Notes under the pieces: model-generated
Database searches by the model: none
Seen by the model: only the letters and a program-made list of their open reading frames with translations
Told to the model about the DNA's origin: nothing
Sequence record: MK250017.1
Strand: one strand, 5' to 3'
DNA: 64,000 bases
In this document: in pieces, positions 44,338 to 51,798 of the stretch
Layout: each line of letters opens with the position of its first letter
Position numbering within the stretch: the first letter of the stretch is position 1
Position numbers and translations under genes: made by a program

Positions 44338-44592
44338 TCGGTATGGCTCTAAAGGAGAGAGCATCATTTATGACTAATGATGACGAAGATTTGTTCGTAA
44401 GTTAATCTTTACTAAGAGAATATACAATATTTAGTTATATAGAAGTAATTTAATTGTTATAATGCGAAGACAATTTTATATGAAACTATATATGTCATTT
44501 ATGAGATTATAGTGAAGAATAGCATTTACAGTAACTATAATAAGATGATATAAACAATATAACTTCTGTGGTTCGATTCCACACGTACTGAC
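44338..44592 (+). ncRNA. tRNA-like RNA with 186-nt insert in the variable region (TGA at anticodon position)
   Basis: Acceptor tcggtatg/cgtactga, D stem gctc/gagc, stem tcatt/aatga with loop tatgact, T arm tgtgg-ttcgatt-ccaca. Confidence 0.65.
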
Positions 44593-44610
44593 TAATAAAC
44601 ATATAACATT

Positions 44611-44829
44611 ATGAAAGAAGAAATTAAATTCTTAGGTAAAACACCGAGAGAAATTGCAGAACGTTACTTCAATAAATCATATGAAGGTAAAGAACGATAT
44701 GATATTTTAGTTGAAGGCTTTATTGAGGGATTTAATTATCTATTTCCTCATTATGATATAGCTAATACTTTGGTTGAAACATTTGAACGAATTAAAGAAT
44801 TAGAGAATAAAGAGAAAAAAGATTCATAA
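44611..44829 (+). CDS. Hypothetical protein
   Basis: 72-aa ORF. Confidence 0.5.
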   Translation: MKEEIKFLGKTPREIAERYFNKSYEGKERYDILVEGFIEGFNYLFPHYDIANTLVETFERIKELENKEKKDS

Positions 44830-44854
44830 TTATTTTTTTAATTGAAATAAAATA

Positions 44855-44864
44855 TGTATCTTTG
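44855..44864 (+). promoter_or_regulatory. Bacteroidetes-type -7 promoter element driving the ncRNA island
   Basis: TGTATCTTTG; no ORF downstream. Confidence 0.7.
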
Positions 44865-44870
44865 TATTGT

Positions 44871-44974
44871 AAATAATGAACACCTATAAGTGTTAAGTAA
44901 CATAGGTATGGAAACCCTACGGTTCGTAAGTAGTAATATCGAATAGTCCGCATAATAGGAACATGTCATTATTT
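44871..44974 (+). ncRNA. Candidate ~104-nt structured small RNA
   Basis: 9-bp terminal stem aaataatga/tcattattt starting at the expected +1; internal cctat/atagg and ttcg/cgaa stems. Confidence 0.4.
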
Positions 44975-45014
44975 TAACATTTATATAAGAATATACTACA
45001 TGTCTTATATGAGC

Positions 45015-45355
45015 GTCAGGAGTATTGTAACAGAGTCGACGTGTTTACATTTTTAGAGGCGCAGTTTTTAAATCTGACTATTCTATGTAAAGTAGTGAAG
45101 TGCAAGATACGGCGTCAGTACAAGTCTATATAATAAGTTGCAAATAAAAATAGAAACTGTTAAAATTCGTATCTAAATTTGTCTGTATTTCACAATGGTC
45201 AATGAGGTACATGAAAAGTGATTTGGAAGAATCATTATAGACATATTATGATTAAGATAACGTTCAACTAAGCTATAGAATAATAGTAAGTATAGCGCTG
45301 AAAATATATGTTTATATGTATTGCGGTTGTGGTTCGAATCCACATACAGACACGA
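45015..45355 (+). ncRNA. ssrA: Atypical tmRNA
   Basis: gagtcgac (cf. GAUUCGAC), helix-2 pairing tattctat/atagaata, actaagctataga (cf. ACUAAGCAUGUAG), resume context taagttGCA, T arm tgtgg-ttcgaat-ccaca; about 340 nt. Confidence 0.7.
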
Positions 45356-45360
45356 CTTAT

Positions 45361-45860
45361 TAATGATGAAAAGTCTGCACTTAACAAAATATAAAAAACA
45401 TTTTAATGTACTGTTGATTATATGTTTTAATTTTGTTAAATAAGAGATTATTGTAAATTATAGAAATTTACAAATCGAGGGGAACGCATAACGGCAATTA
45501 TGTTAGTACTTGGCGTTTAATGAAATGAATATGTATATTTGCCGATATGCATATGAGTGACATTAAATGATAAAATTATAATAGTGTAGCGGTTCGCACG
45601 CCCGTTGGTAAAACGGGAAGGGTTTATGTTTGAAAGCATATTAGGGGTTCGACTCCCGCTTATAAACAATTAAATTACATAATGTTCTCACGAAGAGCGA
45701 GCATCGGAAGGTGAGCAATTTAGAAAGATGTTTAAGAGTGATCATATTAAATTGATTTCTAACAGAAATACGGTGACGTAGGAGCTGAAAAAGAACAAAC
45801 GTATGGTAATGTTAGCATTATGTATTTAAAAAATATTAGTCCTCACAGACTTTACATTTT
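45361..45860 (+). ncRNA. Candidate large ornate ncRNA with kissing loop and embedded cloverleaf
   Basis: Closing helix aaagtctg/cagacttt plus aatg/catt; at least 8 internal stems; loop-loop cggcaa/ttgccg; terminator follows. Confidence 0.6.
45575..45667 (+). tRNA. Degenerate class-II tRNA-like cloverleaf, Tyr(GTA) by loop centre
   Basis: Acceptor ttataa/ttataa, D arm gtgt/gcac, cccgt-tggtaaa-acggg, long variable arm, T loop ttcgact with only 3-bp stem. Confidence 0.45.
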
Positions 45861-45891
45861 TTATAACTTTAAAATTTTGAATTTAATATTA

Positions 45892-45925
45892 AATCCGATG
45901 CTTGTGGTAAGTATCGGATTTTTTT
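45892..45925 (+). terminator. Intrinsic terminator closing the ncRNA island
   Basis: aatccgatgctt-gtggt-aagtatcggatt followed by a T run. Confidence 0.8.
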
Positions 45926-45940
45926 AATTCATAAAAAATA

Positions 45941-45950
45941 TGTATCTTTG
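45941..45950 (+). promoter_or_regulatory. Bacteroidetes-type -7 promoter element
   Basis: TGTATCTTTG upstream of nadR. Confidence 0.7.
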
Positions 45951-45980
45951 TAATATATTAAATAATAATTAAATAATTAA

Positions 45981-47141
45981 ATGATTAAGAATATAGGAAT
46001 TTGTTTTGGTGGTTATTGTCCTATGCATCAGGGACATCTTGACCTTATAATGAAAGCAAAGAAAGAAAATGATATTTGTTATGTGGTTGTTTGTGGTTAT
46101 ACAGATGAACCACGAGGTAATGAATTAGGTCTTAATATTAATAATAGAAAAAGACTTATTAAAGAGTTTTTTAAAAATGATGAACTTATTCGAGTTCTTA
46201 CTGTAAATGATACAGAATTAGGTATTGATGAAAGTATGTCTGAACATAATTGGAAAGTATGGACAGATTATGTAAAATATCAAATTACAGATGATCTTCT
46301 AGGTGGAGGTCCGACATTTCCATTTAGTCCAGATGAAAGGATTAAAGCGCATGAATTGAAACTTACATTCTATGTTGGTGAAAAGTTCTATGTTGAATCA
46401 TTGAATAAATTAAATATTAATGCAGTGTTAGTTGGTTACGATGAGAATTCTCCATCTAATAGAAGTAATGATATATCAGCAACATATATTAGACAAAATC
46501 CTCAATATTATTGGGATAAGATTGTATCAACATTTAAACCTGCATTAACAAAGAAAATTCTTGTATTAGGTACAGCATCAGAAGGGAAATCAACACTTGT
46601 TAAAGATATTGGTAATTATTTTAATATACCATATACAACAGAATTCGGTAGGGATTATATGGAGAAACATTGTATGTTAGATCCTGATATTACTGTAAAT
46701 GATTTTGTTGAATTCCTTATTGGACAGAGACAATACTATTTTGATGCTTTGAATGATAAAGGAAATAAGGGCGTTATCATTTCAGATACAGATAATCTCG
46801 TTACACTTATGTATGCAAAAGCATATGTATCTGATAATAATATGCAAATTACTGAAGATGAATATAACAATATATTGAAACCACTTGCAAAATCATTACA
46901 AACAGGTGTTTCATGGGATGTAATTTATCTTATCAAACCGCATAATAAATTTGTTGATGATGGAACACGTTACATGAATCAATCTTCAATAGATGAGAGA
47001 ATGAAGAATTATAAAATTCTTTTATCATTACTTGAAGAGTTTGGTTTACTTGATAAAGTAATTGAATTGAATGGTTCTTATATGGATCATTTTAATTATG
47101 TTAAGGATTATATCACAAAATTATATGATAAAGAAAATTAA
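45981..47141 (+). CDS. nadR: NadR-type NMN adenylyltransferase / ribosylnicotinamide kinase
   Basis: FGGYCPMHQGH (HxGH), then Walker A GTASEGKST, EFGRDY, DTDNLVT, FVDDGTR. Confidence 0.88.
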   Translation: MIKNIGICFGGYCPMHQGHLDLIMKAKKENDICYVVVCGYTDEPRGNELGLNINNRKRLIKEFFKNDELIRVLTVNDTELGIDESMSEHNWKVWTDYVKYQITDDLLGGGPTFPFSPDERIKAHELKLTFYVGEKFYVESLNKLNINAVLVGYDENSPSNRSNDISATYIRQNPQYYWDKIVSTFKPALTKKILVLGTASEGKSTLVKDIGNYFNIPYTTEFGRDYMEKHCMLDPDITVNDFVEFLIGQRQYYFDALNDKGNKGVIISDTDNLVTLMYAKAYVSDNNMQITEDEYNNILKPLAKSLQTGVSWDVIYLIKPHNKFVDDGTRYMNQSSIDERMKNYKILLSLLEEFGLLDKVIELNGSYMDHFNYVKDYITKLYDKEN

Positions 47142-47790
47142 TAATATATTATATTCAGAGTTTATAGAAGGAAGAAATATTAATGAACATTTGTTTATGC
47201 TCATTGGTATTTTCCTTCAATTAATTGCATGGTATATAACTAAAGATTCATTAATTTCTTTAATATCGGGTGTAACTGGTATTATATCTGTTATATTATG
47301 TTCACAAAGAAAGATTTCATTTTATTTCTTTGGCTTTATACAGTTAGGAACATATATGTATCTTGCATGGCAGCAAAGATTTTATGGTGAATTAATAGAG
47401 AATGTATTTTATATTATTACTATGTTAATAGGTATTGTAGTATGGTTAAAAAATTATAATACTGAAGAACAAATAGTAGAATCTAAAAGACTTTCTGATA
47501 GGTTATTCTATATAATATGTAGTATAATGGTGTTTATCTGTGTATTATTTGGTTATTATATGAAATACTTTACAGATAATACACAACCATTTATGGATTC
47601 ATTTTCAACAGTACCTGCATTTATAGCGCAGACATTGTTAATGTTACGATATAGAGAACAATGGATATTCTGGATTATAATTGATGTTGTTTCTATATTC
47701 ATGTGGATGTTTGCTGATAATTGGATAATGGTTATTCAATTTATATTTTGGACAATGAATTGCATATATGGTTATAGAAAATGGAAATAA
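47125..47790 (+). CDS. pnuC: PnuC-family nicotinamide riboside transporter
   Basis: Multi-TM; SGVTGIISVILCSQRK, FMDSFST, REQWIFWIIIDVVSI; overlaps nadR. Confidence 0.9.
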   Translation: MIKKINNILYSEFIEGRNINEHLFMLIGIFLQLIAWYITKDSLISLISGVTGIISVILCSQRKISFYFFGFIQLGTYMYLAWQQRFYGELIENVFYIITMLIGIVVWLKNYNTEEQIVESKRLSDRLFYIICSIMVFICVLFGYYMKYFTDNTQPFMDSFSTVPAFIAQTLLMLRYREQWIFWIIIDVVSIFMWMFADNWIMVIQFIFWTMNCIYGYRKWK

Positions 47791-47805
47791 TAAAAATAAA
47801 ATAAT

Positions 47806-48051
47806 ATGACATTTGTTATTATAGTAATAGTTATTTGCTTAACTGTATATGGTATTATGGCATCTAAACATAATGCAGAAGAAAGTAAAGCATTTTGGGG
47901 TGATCATTCAGATTCATCTGATGTTAAGAAATTAAAGTCAAGAATGAAACTTTTGATTGATAGAGTAGATTTACTTGAGGAACGAATTAATAAGTTAGAT
48001 GGACAGAGTTTAAAATCAAGAATTGATAGAAAAACATTTAATAGCAATTAA
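47806..48051 (+). CDS. Small membrane-anchored coiled-coil protein
   Basis: N-terminal TM, heptad pattern. Confidence 0.5.
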   Translation: MTFVIIVIVICLTVYGIMASKHNAEESKAFWGDHSDSSDVKKLKSRMKLLIDRVDLLEERINKLDGQSLKSRIDRKTFNSN

Positions 48052-48054
48052 TAT

Positions 48055-48522
48055 ATGAAAGCAGAAAGAACAAATTTTGAAGTTTTTGATTGGATGAAAG
48101 AACATCAAAAAGAGTATAATTATAGTGATGAATTTATTAATGTATATAAGGACTGTTATTTTTTGAAACGTCTCGAAGGAAAAGTATTTAAAGGTGAATT
48201 TTGTGGATATAAAGTAACACCTGATAATTCAGATAAATCTTATTTTGTAGAAGAAGGAATTAGAGGATGTGAACGAGGATTTTTTACTGTACTTGATAAT
48301 AAACTTATTAAACTTGAATTTGATTCAGTACAGGATGAATTGTGGTTTAGTAATAAGTATAAGAAAAATGAGAATTCAATTATAGAAAAGTATATCAATC
48401 CTAAATTGAAATATCTTACAGAATTCTTGAAACTTGAAACACTTACAGATAATGAAAGAATGATGATTAATGATCATATTCAATCATTAGAGTTTATTAT
48501 TAATTCACTTTATAAAATTTAA
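48055..48522 (+). CDS. Hypothetical protein
   Basis: 155-aa ORF. Confidence 0.55.
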   Translation: MKAERTNFEVFDWMKEHQKEYNYSDEFINVYKDCYFLKRLEGKVFKGEFCGYKVTPDNSDKSYFVEEGIRGCERGFFTVLDNKLIKLEFDSVQDELWFSNKYKKNENSIIEKYINPKLKYLTEFLKLETLTDNERMMINDHIQSLEFIINSLYKI

Positions 48523-48720
48523 TTTTATTTAATATGAGTTTTCTTACATATTTTTTAATTGCTTATGGTATTATTTCAACCATTTCTATTTGTGTATTTG
48601 CATATGAAATAAAACATGCACGTAATATTGATTCTAATGCATGTTTTTTAAGAGGTGATATATCAAAAGATGCATTTAATAATAAAACAAAGTAATTAAT
48701 ATATTAAAATTATAAGATTC

Positions 48721-49482
48721 ATGGCGTATATAGATAAAACCTATATAGTTGATTATCAGCAGTTTAAAGAAGTTCGAGACTGGTGTAAAGGTAAGATTGT
48801 CGAACTTCCTAATGGCCTTAAATATCATGCAGAGAATTTTTTGAATGATAAAGATATGTCAGAAGAGTATTTCAATAATTGGAAGAATGAAATTATTGAA
48901 AATCGAATGAGGACTTATGGAGAGACATATGAAAAGGCATATAAAAATGCAGAAATTCCATTATGGAATACACCATATTACTTTGATATATGGCTTATAA
49001 AGAATTGTCCTATACAATTTATACAGGATCGACTTAAATATCAATATGATGATGAATATGAGCAGATTAAAAATGGGACATCATCATATGATACATATAA
49101 GAGAAATGGTCTTGGAAAGAATTTTCATTATAAAGTAATTCGCAAACCAAATTGGAACCCACGTTATAAATTCACTTATGTTGATCGACTCGGTAATGAT
49201 AAGTGTTATAAGGAAAATCAAAAACCGTGGTGGCTTATCACTATTGAAGATACTAAAACAGTAAATCCAATTTCATGGTGGGTAAATACTGAACATAATT
49301 ATTGGACATGTTCAGAAGAAGGACTTCCATTTAATAGTAATATGCTGGATATAAAGAGGAAGAATCTTAATATTCATGCTATCATCAGAATGATTAAGAA
49401 ATGGGATTTACCTGTCGGCTCACAAGTTAAGGTATTAAATAGATATTTCAATTACGGTTGGATTATTAATATTAAAAAATAA
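48721..49482 (+). CDS. Conserved hypothetical phage protein
   Basis: MAYIDKTY...LWNTPYYFDIWLIKNCPIQFIQDRLKYQY. Confidence 0.6.
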   Translation: MAYIDKTYIVDYQQFKEVRDWCKGKIVELPNGLKYHAENFLNDKDMSEEYFNNWKNEIIENRMRTYGETYEKAYKNAEIPLWNTPYYFDIWLIKNCPIQFIQDRLKYQYDDEYEQIKNGTSSYDTYKRNGLGKNFHYKVIRKPNWNPRYKFTYVDRLGNDKCYKENQKPWWLITIEDTKTVNPISWWVNTEHNYWTCSEEGLPFNSNMLDIKRKNLNIHAIIRMIKKWDLPVGSQVKVLNRYFNYGWIINIKK

Positions 49483-49562
49483 AATTAGAAGGATGTTATT
49501 TAGACGGTTAAATAACATCCTTCTTTTATTATAAATATAAAAAATGGGATTAATACTTATAT

Positions 49563-50612
49563 ATGAATAAACAAATCAAGCAATTGTTAGAAAATTTATT
49601 TGATGATTATGATGACTTAATATAGGATGATAATGATAATATTGAAAAAGATTCCATAGGTAAGAAAATAACTGATGAAGATATAAAGAAAAAAGTAAAA
49701 GAATGGTTGCGTTATAATATTGCATCAAGTCCAGAAAATAATAATATAGATAGAAATCTTACTTTTGAATATATTGATGACATACTTTATTGTAATTTAC
49801 ATTTTAATGGTTATATGACAGTATTTATGAGTGAAATACCTGATTATGTAAAGATTAATAAAATTACATGTAAAGATATTAAATTTAATAGTTTATATAA
49901 TTTACCGAAGGAAATAGATGGAGATATGCTTATAGATGGTTATAATCATACGAAATTAATTGGTAATTTCCCCGAAAAAATAGGTTGTTTAAAGATATGG
50001 AATTCAAAAATAAAATCATTGGAAGGACTCAATGATAATTGTGGTTCTATTGAATCATTAGAGATTGAGGCATGCAATAATTTCCAATATTTTATGGGTA
50101 TTCCAGAAAATGTAGGACGTGTTTCTATACAAGAATGTAATAAACTTCAAAATTTAATAGGATTACCAGAATCTGTTGATGATATAGAGTTAACAGATTT
50201 AAGGAAATTTTCAAGTTTAGAAGGATGTCCAAAAGAGTTAAAAGGAGATTTACGTATAACAGATTGTAAAAAATTATTATCATTAAAATATATTTCATCT
50301 TTAATCATAGGAGATTGTTCTGTTACGTATACAGGTATAGAACATCTTGATATGACTGAATCAAATACAAGAGTTATAGGAGACTTTAATGTTTCTAATA
50401 ATAAGTTAGTTGATTTAAGTAATGGACCAGAAGATGTAAGAGGTAATTATGATTGTGCATATAACTCAAAATTGACATGTTTAAATGCGCAAGATACACT
50501 TATGTCTGGATATAAGAAAACATTTGATTGTACGAAAAATAGAAGACTAAAAACATTATAGGGATTACCTATGATGATTAAAGGAGATATAATAGTAAAT
50601 ACAGATTTATAA
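49563..50612 (+). CDS. TAG-recoded leucine-rich-repeat protein 1 (349 aa) with LFDD leader
   Basis: Repeats IKSLEGL, LQNLIGLPE, FSSLEGCPKEL, LVDLSNGP; 2 TAG. Confidence 0.8.
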
Positions 50613-50699
50613 AAATTAAATACGTCATACAAATAATATATATGTTATAAGTAAACTATTTGATAAATATAAAAATTATATTAAACAATTTATATATGA

Positions 50700-51731
50700 A
50701 TAAACTTATTAGAAAATCTATTTGATGATTATGACGATATAATATAGAATGATAATGATGATATTGGAGATGATCTTATAGCTAAAAAGTTAAAAGAGGA
50801 AGAGTAGTAGAAAGTAAAAGAATGGCTTTGTAATAATATCTCAACTAACAAATATGAAGTGTTTCTTAATAATATAGATAAATACGTTACATTTGAATAT
50901 ATTGACGGTATACTTTATTGCAATTTAGAGTTTATTGATTCTATAACAAAATTTAAAAGTCCAATACCAGATTATGTAAAGATTAATAAAATTAAAGGTC
51001 ACGGTCACATTACATTTAAGAGTTCATATAATTTACCAAAAGAAATAGAAGGAACTATGTGTATAAAAAGTAATGAGACAAAAATTATTGGTCCTTTCCC
51101 ACAAAAAATTAAAGTCTTATGTATAAAGTGCCCAAAATTAAAGTCATTAAAAGGCCTTAATGATAATTGTGTTTCTATTGGTAAATTATATATAGATAAT
51201 AGTTTGAATTTACAAGATTTAACAGGTTTACCAGATTCTGTCAACTATTTATAGTTGACTTATTGCAATTTTCCAAATTTAAAAGGATGTCCAAAACAAT
51301 TAAATGTTTTAAACATACAAGAATGTAATAAACTTGAAAACCTTATAGGATGTCCAGAAACTATTGAAAAAATAGATTTGTTAAATTTAGAAAATTTTTC
51401 AAGTTTAGAAGGATGTCCAAAACAATTAGATGGATTGGATATATGTGGTTGTGAAAAATTAAAATCATTAAAATATATTTCTCCTTTAATAGGGAAAGGT
51501 GGATTAGGTGTTTCACGCTCAGGCTTAGTTGATTTAAGTAATGGTCCAAAAGAGATAGAAGGTAATTATTATTGCAATACTAATCCAAATTTGAAACGTT
51601 TAAATGCACAAGATACAGTTATGACGGGACATGAGACTGCATTTCATTGTTATAATAATGATAGCTTAAAAAGATTAAAGGGATTACCTAAGATGAAATA
51701 CAAAGATATAAAAATAAAGACTGATTTATAA
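50700..51731 (+). CDS. TAG-recoded leucine-rich-repeat protein 2, paralog of LRR1; ATG out of frame
   Basis: Same leader and repeats; 4 TAG; 11-nt deletion after ATGAATAAAC relative to LRR1. Confidence 0.7.
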
Positions 51732-51798
51732 AAAGAAATGAGGAATTAAACATTTTTGAAGTGTTTAATTCCTCATTATTATTTTGTTAATATATTAA

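Noticed and set aside
44871-44974. Group I intron core suggested by aatagtcc
   Set aside because: No matching GACUA P7 strand or J8/7, too short, and no flanking exons.
44338-45667. Amber suppressor tRNA (CTA)
   Set aside because: No cloverleaf here places CTA in the anticodon position; the gacta in the first element cannot be centred in a 7-nt loop.
45690-45720. NAD+-II (pnuC) riboswitch upstream of nadR-pnuC
   Set aside because: Only a superficial agagcg start. A terminator and a new promoter lie between it and nadR.
45835-45860. HDV-like (theta) ribozyme suggested by tcctcac
   Set aside because: P3/L3 register, P1 and P1.1 partners could not be built, and it is not at a tRNA 3' end.
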